From positions 1,440,001 to 1,472,000 of the forward strand of contig NC_009954.1 in NCBI RefSeq assembly GCF_000018305.1: 32,000 bases of DNA, in the 5' to 3' direction. Positions 7,795-15,986 of this stretch are shown here, piece by piece. Origin of the DNA: Caldivirga maquilingensis IC-167 (GTDB taxonomy: Archaea; Thermoproteota; Thermoprotei; Thermoproteales; Thermocladiaceae). The stretch's first letter is position 1; each line of letters begins with the position of its first letter. The notes beneath the pieces were generated by a model, which did no database searches, was not told the DNA's origin, and worked only from the letters and a program-made list of their open reading frames with translations. A program made the translations under genes and the position numbers.

Positions 7795-8713
7795 TGTAGT
7801 TCTCAAGGGCGCTGATTAAATTGGGGTTAAGCACAACACCGAAGGTATTGTCATTCCAGGCCCAGATACCTATGAAGACTGGGTTAATACTACTGGTTAA
7901 TTCACCCAATACTTGACTCATGTAGACCGCTGGTGCAGTGCAGTTCCAGGTGAACTTCACGTTCCAGTTAGCTGGATCAACGTAGGCTTTCTCATCACAG
8001 TACCTGAACCCAACCTCACCAACCATTACATTGAATCCACTTGACTTAAGGGTCTTAAGATTACTGATTAAGTACTCTGGGACAGTGACTACACCGTTCA
8101 CGTACCTGTAATCCCAAATATCGTAACCAACTAGGGTTAAATTAGCCCCCTTAGCTAAGGCCAATACATCATTAGCATTCTCACCTCCACTGGCGTAGTA
8201 GAAGAGGCCGGCCTCAGGGAACTCGACTCTAAGCTCATTGTAAATCTTAATCATACTCCCCCTACAGGTTGCATTAGCCACGCATGCAGCCTCCTCACTG
8301 AAACCTATGTAGAAGCCCTTACCGCTTGGGTTAATCTTCTTCAAGTCCTGTAGTATGAATTGAGGCACATTAATGTAATCCAAGGTCCCCCTCCACTTAT
8401 ATGATGGTTGATAGATTTCGCAGAAGATGTTAATGAAGACGGGCCTATCCTCATTCACGTATTGCTGAATCGTGTATAGAGCCCAGTTTATCCAAGGCAT
8501 TAAGGCTTGAGGATCATTACACTGGTAAGCCAGTACAACACCAGGTACAGCCCAGGGAGGCACGGTGTAGTTACCGGCACCCCACGGTACAATCCACAGT
8601 ATTAACTTAGCTTCACCGATCGATGACACCGAATGATGCATCAGCAGTATGGTTAACGTTACGGTAATAAGTATTACCGCTAGGGCCACAGCCAGTACCG
8701 TTAACTTAGACAT
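7784..8713 (-). CDS. membrane-anchored extracellular protein, possible TIM-barrel glycosidase
   Basis: 309 aa. The N-terminal signal-anchor is MSKLTVLAVALAVILITVTLTILL. There are several N-x-T sequons. GFSEE and VGEVG resemble clan GH-A acid/base and nucleophile strands. The functional call is weak. Confidence 0.6.
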   Translation of the reverse strand: MSKLTVLAVALAVILITVTLTILLMHHSVSSIGEAKLILWIVPWGAGNYTVPPWAVPGVVLAYQCNDPQALMPWINWALYTIQQYVNEDRPVFINIFCEIYQPSYKWRGTLDYINVPQFILQDLKKINPSGKGFYIGFSEEAACVANATCRGSMIKIYNELRVEFPEAGLFYYASGGENANDVLALAKGANLTLVGYDIWDYRYVNGVVTVPEYLISNLKTLKSSGFNVMVGEVGFRYCDEKAYVDPANWNVKFTWNCTAPAVYMSQVLGELTSSINPVFIGIWAWNDNTFGVVLNPNLISALENYTKG

Positions 8714-8784
8714 AGATTAATTAATACCTTAGGAATATTTAACAGTTGATTCATTAAACCCATGATTACTACTTTTTAATCAAA

Positions 8785-9363
8785 CTAACCCACTACTATT
8801 GGTTTCCCATGCCCCGGGTAAATTACCTTAGGTTTAAGGCTCATTAACTTACTGAAACTCTTCATGGCCTCACTCATGTTTACCGTAAAACCCCTCGGCG
8901 GTAACACCGGCTTACCCTCACGTTCAACTATCGCATCACCACTGAAGAGGACCCCATCCTTAAAGTACGCTGTACTGCCTGGGGTATGCCCTGGCGCATA
9001 TATGGCTTCATACCCCTCAATCACGTCACCATCATTGACCTTAAGATTAACCTTAACAGGCCTAAACCTAAATAAGCGTGAAACCAGCAATTGAAGGAAA
9101 CCCGCAGCCCTAGGCTTCTCCTCACCCTCAATAACTCTAGCATCAGCCACCGATGCAACCACACTGCAGTGGAATTGCTTAACAATATCCCACGCATACC
9201 TAATGTGGTCAATATGGTAGTGAGTTATGAGGAGGTACCTAACCTCCACACCCTGCTCCCTTGAAATCCTCAAAACATCCCTAACCCTAACACCAGCATC
9301 AATTAATAAACCATTACTGGTTAAATAACTATTCGACATACCTCTTATTACGTAAACATCCAT
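8785..9363 (-). CDS. metallo-beta-lactamase-fold hydrolase
   Basis: 192 aa with the HxHxDH motif (THYHIDH) and downstream His/Asp ligands (APGHTPGS, GDA, PGHG). Confidence 0.85.
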   Translation of the reverse strand: MDVYVIRGMSNSYLTSNGLLIDAGVRVRDVLRISREQGVEVRYLLITHYHIDHIRYAWDIVKQFHCSVVASVADARVIEGEEKPRAAGFLQLLVSRLFRFRPVKVNLKVNDGDVIEGYEAIYAPGHTPGSTAYFKDGVLFSGDAIVEREGKPVLPPRGFTVNMSEAMKSFSKLMSLKPKVIYPGHGKPIVVG

Positions 9364-9539
9364 GACTACGAGTTAATGCATGAACTTTTAAAACTAACTT
9401 ATATGGAGTAACATTAACCCTAATTCATTGAAATGAAGTAATAATGAATACTGTTTTCACGACTAATTAATGATCACTTAGTATATTAATTACCTTACCT
9501 GGGGGTTAGGTTTTTATTTACTATTTCCTCTCTTTTCCT

Positions 9540-10259
9540 GTGTCTTTTCGTGATGAGTTTTTGCGTTTGTTGAGGGAGGATGCTGGGTTTAGGGGTGAGG
9601 TTATGAGGCTTCTTGGTATTAATGATGTTAATGCCTCCTTGGCTCGATTAATTGAGTCTGTTAACGCATTAACCAATGCCGTCAACACACTCATTAAGGA
9701 GGAGACTGAAACTAGAAGCGAAATAAAGACACTACAAGAAGGACAAAATAAACTATGGGAGGAAGTCAAGGCAATAAGAGAGGAGAATAGTAAAATATGG
9801 CTTGAGATTAAGGCTATGAGGAAGAACTATGAAAATGCATGGATTATTACCAGGCAATTAAGAAGCGGTGTTAATATTGTTTCCAAGTATTTGGATAAAT
9901 TGCTTGAGCGTGATGTTAGGCATTATTTACCCGTGTGGATTAAGGATAAGTTAGGCTTCAATGTTGATAAGCTTAAGAGGGTTGTGGTTGAGAATGTGGG
10001 TGGGTTTGATGGTTATGTTGAGGTTAATGACTGGATTATTGTGGTTGAGGTTAAGTCAACTTTAAGGGTTAGGGATGCTAATGATTTTATTAATAGGCTT
10101 GCCAGGTTAAAGGTGATTAAGGCTAATAAGAGGATTACCGCAGTGTTGGCTTATGTTAATGATGTTAAGGAGACTGCGGAGGCTATTAAAGTACTTAAGG
10201 CGTATGATGTAAAAGTGCTTAAGCATCATGGTGAGGATGATTTTGAGGAAGTAACTTAA
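9540..10259 (+). CDS. coiled-coil protein with C-terminal PD-(D/E)XK-like nuclease domain (uncharacterised archaeal family)
   Basis: 239 aa with a GTG start. Residues about 30-100 are heptad-like (LARLIESVNALTNAVNTLIKEE...KLWEEVKAIREENSKIWLEIKAMR). The C-terminal part carries D157-x12-E170-V-K172 (GGFDGYVEVNDWIIVVEVKS). Confidence 0.7.
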   Translation: MSFRDEFLRLLREDAGFRGEVMRLLGINDVNASLARLIESVNALTNAVNTLIKEETETRSEIKTLQEGQNKLWEEVKAIREENSKIWLEIKAMRKNYENAWIITRQLRSGVNIVSKYLDKLLERDVRHYLPVWIKDKLGFNVDKLKRVVVENVGGFDGYVEVNDWIIVVEVKSTLRVRDANDFINRLARLKVIKANKRITAVLAYVNDVKETAEAIKVLKAYDVKVLKHHGEDDFEEVT

Positions 10260-10720
10260 CTTATTGCTGTATTCTCGTCACCTTTAAGGGAGGAGTCTTC
10301 ATTAATCTTCCTTAAGGCTTCCGTAACCTTACTAACCACCTCAATAGCCTCCGCCTCACTTAACTCCACTCTATGTGCCCTGTAACCACCACCGTAGTAT
10401 GGTATTACGTGGACGTGGAAGTGGAATACCACTTGTCCAGCTGAGGGGCCGTTATTCTGGATAAGTCTAACACCATCAGCCTTAAGTCCATTAACCACCG
10501 CCCTAGCCATTAGTTTAGCAACCTTCATTACTTTACATAATGCCTCAGGGGGTATTTCGAAAATATCCCTGTAATGCCTCTTAGGCATAACTAATATATG
10601 CCCCTTATTTATTGGATACTTATCCAGTATTGCTATTACGTCATCATCCTCATACACCACATGGCCTGGTGCCTCCCTCCCTATTATCCTGCAGAAGATG
10701 CACTCATCCATCATTACCAC
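10256..10720 (-). CDS. HIT-family nucleotide hydrolase/transferase
   Basis: 154 aa with the histidine triad HFHVHVIP and the N-terminal CIFCRI motif. The 3' end overlaps the convergent gene by 4 nt. Confidence 0.9.
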   Translation of the reverse strand: MVMMDECIFCRIIGREAPGHVVYEDDDVIAILDKYPINKGHILVMPKRHYRDIFEIPPEALCKVMKVAKLMARAVVNGLKADGVRLIQNNGPSAGQVVFHFHVHVIPYYGGGYRAHRVELSEAEAIEVVSKVTEALRKINEDSSLKGDENTAIS

Positions 10721-10780
10721 CCCCTCACGGAGGTTATTTTAATTGTTCCCAGCTATTACCTGGGTTAAGGGTCGTAAGCC

Positions 10781-10788
10781 TTATAAAA
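10781..10788 (+). promoter_or_regulatory. TATA-like box for the PCNA-PriS operon
   Basis: ttataaaa. It is only 7-14 nt from the ATG at 10795, but about 25 nt from the in-frame GTG at 10810, so the real (leaderless) start may be 10810. Confidence 0.45.
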
Positions 10789-10794
10789 TCTAAA

Positions 10795-11562
10795 ATGGTG
10801 ATAGTGCTTGTGAGCAGTGTTAAGTTAACTTACCCTGATGGTAAGGAGTGGTACTTGATAATGGATGCAGTGGCGGTACTGGTTGAGGAGTCTGCCTTAA
10901 CGGTAACTAAGGATGGGGTTAAGCTTAGGGCCCTTGACCCATCCAGGACGGCAATGGTTGACTTATACATGCCTAGGACTGCCTTCGACGAGTACCCTGA
11001 CGTGGAGCAGGACATTAACATTGGCGTTAACTTCAGTGAGGTTAAGAAGATACTGCAGAGGGCTGGCAAGGGTAGTAGCGTCACCTTTGAGGTTGAGGAG
11101 AATAGTCTTAAAATAAGAATGAGTGGTAAGGTAACTAGGACTATTAAACTACCCCTAATAGACATTCCCGTTGAACAATTACCAACACCTAAGGTCATCT
11201 TCACGGTTACGGCTAAGTTAGCTAGTGATGCCTTGAGACAGGCGGTGAAGGATGTGGAGGTTATTGCTGATGCAGCTAAGTTTGAGGGTAAGGAGGATGG
11301 CTTATACATTAGGGCTAGTAGCGATAGGGGTGAGACTGAGATTAAGTTTGATAAGGGTGGGGAGGTGTTGTTTGAGTATGATAATAAGGAGACGGCTACG
11401 GCGACGTATAGTGTTGATTACTTATCCGATATCGTTAATAGGGCTTATCAAATAAGCGACATAGTCACCGTGGAGTTCGCCACCCAGAAGCCCCTGGCTT
11501 TAACCTTTGAAATATCGGGTGGTGGCACATTGGCGTACTTCGTAGCCCCAAGGATAGAGTAA
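10795..11562 (+). CDS. pcn: DNA polymerase sliding clamp (PCNA)
   Basis: The track ORF 10612-11562 has an implausible P/H/L-rich N-terminal extension that overlaps the HIT gene. A PCNA-like sequence starts at MVIVLVSSVKLTYPDGKEW... and runs about 255 aa as a two-domain clamp. Alternative start: GTG at 10810. Confidence 0.85.
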   Translation: MVIVLVSSVKLTYPDGKEWYLIMDAVAVLVEESALTVTKDGVKLRALDPSRTAMVDLYMPRTAFDEYPDVEQDINIGVNFSEVKKILQRAGKGSSVTFEVEENSLKIRMSGKVTRTIKLPLIDIPVEQLPTPKVIFTVTAKLASDALRQAVKDVEVIADAAKFEGKEDGLYIRASSDRGETEIKFDKGGEVLFEYDNKETATATYSVDYLSDIVNRAYQISDIVTVEFATQKPLALTFEISGGGTLAYFVAPRIE

Positions 11563-12608
11563 TGGATGAATCCCTCAGGTACATTGAGGTCTTATTCAAG
11601 AACTACTACAGGAATTACTTCAAACCCCCTGGTGTACCTAGGATTGAGAATAGGGAGGTTGCTTACCAGCCCTTCACTGGGCAATCAATGATTAGGCACT
11701 TGGGTTTCAGGAATTGGAACGATTTAAGGAGCTTCATTACTGAGAGGATTCCAAGGAACCTATACTTATCAAGCGCCTACTTCAACAACCCCTCAGCCGG
11801 TGAAATGGATGCTAAGGGTTGGTTGGGTGCTGACTTAGTGTTTGATATTGATGGTGATCACCTACCCACTGATAACTGCAGGGGCGTTGAGTTAGTTACC
11901 ATTGAGTGTCTTAATGATGCCTTAAGCGAGGTTGTGAAGTTGATTGATGTGCTGAGGTATGAGTTCGGTATTGAGGAGAAGCACCTCAGGGTAACCTTCT
12001 CCGGGCATAGGGGTTTTCATGTTCACGTGGAGGGGCCTGAGGATGTGATTAATTTAACTCAGGATGAGAGGAGGATGATTGTTGATTACTTAACGGGTAA
12101 GGTTGATTTAACGAGGCAAATACTGGTTAATAGGGAGGGTAGGGCTACTGTGGTTGAATTAGGTCCATTTAACGCTAATCTACTGGGTAAAGTGTATGGT
12201 AGTGTTGGGAGGGTTTTCACAGAGGCCTCTAAACTGGGTAAGGTTACCGCTGGTTTAGTTAGAGATAGGAGTGAGGATATTAAGAGTGGCTTAACTGTTC
12301 ACATTGATGAGGTTGTTACAATAGATACTAATAGGTTAATGAGAATGCCCAATAGTCTGCATGGTAAAACAGGCCTAATAGCCGTGGAGTTGAGTCTAAG
12401 TGACCTTGATAAGGGTATTGAGGCAATAGTGGATAAGGCAGTTGCCTTCAGGAAGGGTAACCCAAGGATTAGGTTAACGCAGAGGCTACAGGTTAGTAGG
12501 GTGCTTGGTGAAGTAATCCGGGTTAAGGAGCAGGGCGAGGAGGCCAGTGAACCAGCCTATGTGGCGGTGTACTTAATATTAATGGGATTAGCGCAATTAG
12601 CTGAGTAA
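11562..12608 (+). CDS. priS: DNA primase small (catalytic) subunit PriS
   Basis: 348 aa with the AEP catalytic motifs DLVFDIDGDH and FSGHRGFHVHV. The ATG overlaps the PCNA TAA stop by 1 nt (TAATG). Confidence 0.9.
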   Translation: MDESLRYIEVLFKNYYRNYFKPPGVPRIENREVAYQPFTGQSMIRHLGFRNWNDLRSFITERIPRNLYLSSAYFNNPSAGEMDAKGWLGADLVFDIDGDHLPTDNCRGVELVTIECLNDALSEVVKLIDVLRYEFGIEEKHLRVTFSGHRGFHVHVEGPEDVINLTQDERRMIVDYLTGKVDLTRQILVNREGRATVVELGPFNANLLGKVYGSVGRVFTEASKLGKVTAGLVRDRSEDIKSGLTVHIDEVVTIDTNRLMRMPNSLHGKTGLIAVELSLSDLDKGIEAIVDKAVAFRKGNPRIRLTQRLQVSRVLGEVIRVKEQGEEASEPAYVAVYLILMGLAQLAE

Positions 12609-12626
12609 CCCTTACCTTTACTTAGG

Positions 12627-12645
12627 CTTGAACCAAGTGTTCAAG
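12627..12645. repeat. perfect 7-bp hairpin CTTGAAC-caagt-GTTCAAG, 19 nt after the priS stop
   Basis: Read directly from the sequence. Its function (3'-end structure or protein-binding site) is unknown. Confidence 0.8.
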
Positions 12646-12714
12646 GCACTCCACTGCAGATGTTAATAAAGCTGTACGCAATCTATATAATCTATTTATT
12701 ATGCTATAACATCT

Positions 12715-12999
12715 ATGAATTATTCAACTGCTTACACCAAAACCTATATAAAGCCTAACCCCAGTAGCATACCCGAGGTGAGTCAAATGAGCATAAGTGG
12801 AGCCGTGAAGACAATAAGCACACTACTAAGGCCTAGGAGCAATGTGAGAAGCATCAATACGGTAACAAGCCCAACAGTCAATATAACTAATGATACACAA
12901 ACTATGAGAGGAATCAATGAAGTCATTATAATACCAAGCCTTAATACACCAATAGTACTAATTTACGATAAGAAAAATGGCACATACAGATTAGCGTAA
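12715..12999 (+). CDS. small hypothetical protein (94 aa, or 70 aa from the internal ATG at 12787)
   Basis: This is the only ORF in the interval. A tatataat box at about 12685 sits 30 nt before the ATG at 12715. A second tatataaa box lies at about 12744, with GAGGTGA 5 nt before the ATG at 12787. The protein is S/T/N-rich with no recognisable family, and its A-rich, G-poor composition is unlike neighbouring genes. Confidence 0.35.
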   Translation: MNYSTAYTKTYIKPNPSSIPEVSQMSISGAVKTISTLLRPRSNVRSINTVTSPTVNITNDTQTMRGINEVIIIPSLNTPIVLIYDKKNGTYRLA

Positions 13000-13140
13000 T
13001 TCACGCACTACGCGGTAAAGACGCATTACATATAGGTACTATTTAATAATATATTTATAAATAACATAACTTTCATAACTACAATTACTTCTGTTTTAAC
13101 AATTCAAACTAAATGAATATTATTAATATTAAATACTGAG

Positions 13141-13200
13141 GCTGTGTAACGGAAATCTCCCGAAACCTCAGATGAAACCTGCGGAGTTATGTTTCACAGC
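13141..13200. repeat. 60-nt GC island closed by a 10-bp imperfect inverted repeat (GCTGTGTAAC...GTTTCACAGC) with an internal GAAACCT x2 direct repeat
   Basis: Read directly. The terminal arms pair 9/10. GAAACCT occurs at 13162-13168 and 13174-13180. An alternative helix is CTGAGG (13136-13141) with CCTCAG (13166-13171). Confidence 0.75.
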
Positions 13201-13266
13201 GCTTGTCTCCATGACTTCAATAGCACTATTACGCATCCCAGTTGAATTATAGAAGATATTCCTTAG

Positions 13267-13341
13267 CGGGCCCGGTGGGATTCGAACCCACGACCTACGG
13301 CTCCGAAGGCCGCCGCTCTAACCTGGCTGAGCTACGGGCCC
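13267..13341 (-). tRNA. tRNA-Arg (anticodon TCG), no intron, CCA not encoded
   Basis: The reverse complement folds as GGGCCCG/TA/GCTC-AGCCAGGTTA-GAGC/G/GCGGC-CTTCGGA-GCCGT/AGGTC/GTGGG-TTCGAAT-CCCAC/CGGGCCC/G. An aaaaattaattta box lies about 30 nt upstream on the reverse strand. Confidence 0.95.
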
Positions 13342-13394
13342 TCCACCAGTTAGGCTTAACTTAGGTTGTAAATTAATTTTTCACTCAATATGCC

Positions 13395-15902
13395 TTAGGG
13401 TAATTCAATACTTAGTGCAGTGAGGGCATACCTTAACGGCATATATAATTTACCTGATCCTTCATAGAACTTGGAGTATACTTCATAGAATGTTAACCTA
13501 CTTGTCTGAATGAAGGTTAGGAATCCTTCCCCAGCAATGATTAGTGCATTGAGTAATATCATTATTAGTAAGCCGGCTGGGGTTAGTAACCCATATGTTA
13601 ACGCCAGGTGGTACGTCATGTAGGTGAATATACTGTGCACCAATGCTATTATTCCAAGCCTCATGAATGATAAGGTATTGGCTATTGCATCCAGTATACC
13701 CTCTATGGTTAACCCAACCATTAACTCAGCGGCATCAACCTCAGTGTTGGGCATTGATTTAATGTACATGAATGAGCCGAAGAACCCACCGAAGCCTATA
13801 ACCATTAATGCCGCACCAATTAACCTAACTTGGGGGGTTAATAATGCTGAGAATACCGGGTTTAATAGGGCTACCGGTATTATTCCAACATTCATCATGA
13901 GTAGGCCAAAGCCTATGAAGACCAGTGGAACCCAAGCCAGTGATAAGGCATCTAACCTGTGCCCAAGTCTAGCCCTATTCAGTGGCTTAAGTATCAGTGA
14001 CATCACCAGTAGTGTGAAGCCGAAGAGCATTGCCAATGGTAGCACCCAGTTTATCCAATACTCGCTTATTGTACCATTAACGAAGACTCGGCCCCACGGT
14101 AGTATTGGCTTAATTAAATCCATTCCGAAGACTTCACCACTATTCAGTATTGAGAACACTATGGCCCAGGTACCCATCATTACGAATAATTGACCCCATA
14201 GATTAGCCTTCCCTGAAAACATCGCCCTAAGTATACTATTCCTACCATTATACTTAAGCACATTCATGAGTATACCGAAGAGTAGTAGTATTGCACCTTG
14301 TCCAGCATCTGGGAACATCCAGCCGAAGAAGACTGGGAATAATACGGCGGTTAATGTTACTGGGCTTAATTCACCATACCTTGGTATACCGTACATGTAG
14401 GTTATCTCCCTAAAAGCATTAATGGGTGTTGGATACTCCTCACTGGTGGGTGCTTCATGCGGGTTAATTGTATTAACTTGAATAATCCTGGTGAACTTCC
14501 TAACCCTAGCGTCAACGGCTAGGTCGGTTAAGGTCCTGTACAGGAAGTCCTCGAAAAGCTTCACATTCTTCTCAATCACAAAACCCCTAATAGTAACTAG
14601 GTCACTTACCTGCCTAGCCTCCTCAATACTGTAATTACAAGCCTCCTCCCTCTCCCTAATCATTTCATTAAGCTCATTCTTCAATTCACCCAGCCTCCTC
14701 TCCATTTCCCTAATCTCCCTACTAAGCAACTCCACTGACGCCTCCAGGTTTGTTAAATGCTCCCTTGGCGCCTTAACAATATTGTTGGATTCTGGATAAT
14801 CCACGTTGCTCATGATTAAGTAGGCTGATAATTCATCACCTATGTTGATAACGTACCCCGAGTACTTATCTAGGTCAGGGGGTATTTGACCCTTAATTAT
14901 GAATAATGAGTAATCTAGCGCCTTAAGCCCCATCTCCTTAATCCCACTTCTAATTAAACCATTATACGCCTCGATGAGTAACCTAAGCCTACTTAACCTA
15001 CTCTCCATTTCCACCATCTGAGTCTTAATTGCATCAATCCTAGCAATAACCTCACCCCCCTCTTCAACGGCACTATTAACGTAAGTTTGAATAACATTCT
15101 CAGCAACACCTGCAGCCTCTAAAATACCCCTTATCACCTGCTTATTACTACTTATTAATGACTCAAGTTGACTCCTTAAGCTACTTATGGTTGCCTCAGT
15201 CTCCTTAACCCTGGCCTCCACATTACTTAAATCACTCTCAGGTAATTCAATTACCTTAACGTTATGCAGCCTAATGATGTCATTAATCCTCCTCAACTCC
15301 CAGGTTGGGGCAATTATAAGTAAGTGAATCCTATCATTAACTTCACCAAGCCTAGTTAAGACTACATCCTCAATCTGCTTAATGGAGTTCTCGAAGTCAC
15401 TTAAAGCCCTATGGGGGGTCTCGACGACAATGTACCTAATATTCTTAAGCTGCATTAATCCTATTAGGGAATTAACGCTTATCATTAGCCTAAGTTTCGT
15501 TAACTCCTCTTCAGCATTATTTAGTGAATCCTCAATTTGCCTAATCCTACCTATCAATTCCTCACCATTCTTATACACTGAGTCTATGAAGTCCTTGAAA
15601 GAGGTTGCCTTAACCCTAAACCTACCTATTGATGGCTCCTGTTGGGTTTGACCATACCTTGATATTGTCCTAGCGGCTTCAGTCAATCTCCTAACGCTAG
15701 TGTAGGTTTCCTGGTCAATTGAGGGGGCAGGTAACTTAGGGGGTCTATCAATGGGCATGAATTCACCAAGTAAACCCACCCTGAATATTAAATCCAATGC
15801 CGCATGCCTAGGTACCGTTATCTTATACTCCACAATCCTCTCTATGGGCACATTAGGCTCACTGGGCTTGATTTTTAAGTTTAAATCAAATAGGTCCTCC
15901 AT
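13395..15902 (-). CDS. atpI: A/V-type ATP synthase subunit I (a-subunit homologue)
   Basis: 835 aa. The first 500 aa or so are coiled-coil rich. The C-terminal 325 aa or so form a polytopic membrane domain starting at YGELSPVTLTAVLFPVFFGWMFPDAGQG, typical of subunit I/a. Confidence 0.85.
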   Translation of the reverse strand: MEDLFDLNLKIKPSEPNVPIERIVEYKITVPRHAALDLIFRVGLLGEFMPIDRPPKLPAPSIDQETYTSVRRLTEAARTISRYGQTQQEPSIGRFRVKATSFKDFIDSVYKNGEELIGRIRQIEDSLNNAEEELTKLRLMISVNSLIGLMQLKNIRYIVVETPHRALSDFENSIKQIEDVVLTRLGEVNDRIHLLIIAPTWELRRINDIIRLHNVKVIELPESDLSNVEARVKETEATISSLRSQLESLISSNKQVIRGILEAAGVAENVIQTYVNSAVEEGGEVIARIDAIKTQMVEMESRLSRLRLLIEAYNGLIRSGIKEMGLKALDYSLFIIKGQIPPDLDKYSGYVINIGDELSAYLIMSNVDYPESNNIVKAPREHLTNLEASVELLSREIREMERRLGELKNELNEMIREREEACNYSIEEARQVSDLVTIRGFVIEKNVKLFEDFLYRTLTDLAVDARVRKFTRIIQVNTINPHEAPTSEEYPTPINAFREITYMYGIPRYGELSPVTLTAVLFPVFFGWMFPDAGQGAILLLFGILMNVLKYNGRNSILRAMFSGKANLWGQLFVMMGTWAIVFSILNSGEVFGMDLIKPILPWGRVFVNGTISEYWINWVLPLAMLFGFTLLVMSLILKPLNRARLGHRLDALSLAWVPLVFIGFGLLMMNVGIIPVALLNPVFSALLTPQVRLIGAALMVIGFGGFFGSFMYIKSMPNTEVDAAELMVGLTIEGILDAIANTLSFMRLGIIALVHSIFTYMTYHLALTYGLLTPAGLLIMILLNALIIAGEGFLTFIQTSRLTFYEVYSKFYEGSGKLYMPLRYALTALSIELP

Positions 15903-15986
15903 TTATTCTTAAATACCGAGTACGCATCATTAATAATTGTGATGAATGCGGTTGTATTTTAAAATACTGAAGCATACGCATTGAGC

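Noticed and set aside
9364-9539. C/D-box or H/ACA sRNA candidates in intergenic spacers. Spacers checked on both strands: 500-874, 3426-3564, 9364-9539, 13000-13266, 17833-18129, 23227-23388, 24565-24776.
   Set aside because: I found isolated CTGA tetramers and one ATGATCA. No spacer shows a properly ordered and spaced C (RUGAUGA)...D' ...C'...D (CUGA) set, or a hairpin-ACA layout.
10612-10794. N-terminal 61-codon extension of the PCNA ORF (MDTYPVLLLRHHPHTPHG...).
   Set aside because: It is antisense to the HIT gene coding region and has a low-complexity P/H/L composition. A TATA-like box lies inside it, just upstream of the PCNA-like start. It is an ORF-caller artefact.
13624-14193. Long antisense shadow ORFs inside real genes: 13624-14193, 10830-11309, 20101-20511, 30318-30707, 27653-27982, 1273-1548, 5061-5333, 9521-9769, 20668-20934 and the other 60-130-aa entries.
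   Set aside because: Each is fully embedded in, and antisense to, a longer ORF with clear family motifs. Their products are low-complexity (S/L/P/T-rich). Strong codon bias in this genome depletes stop codons on the antisense strand.
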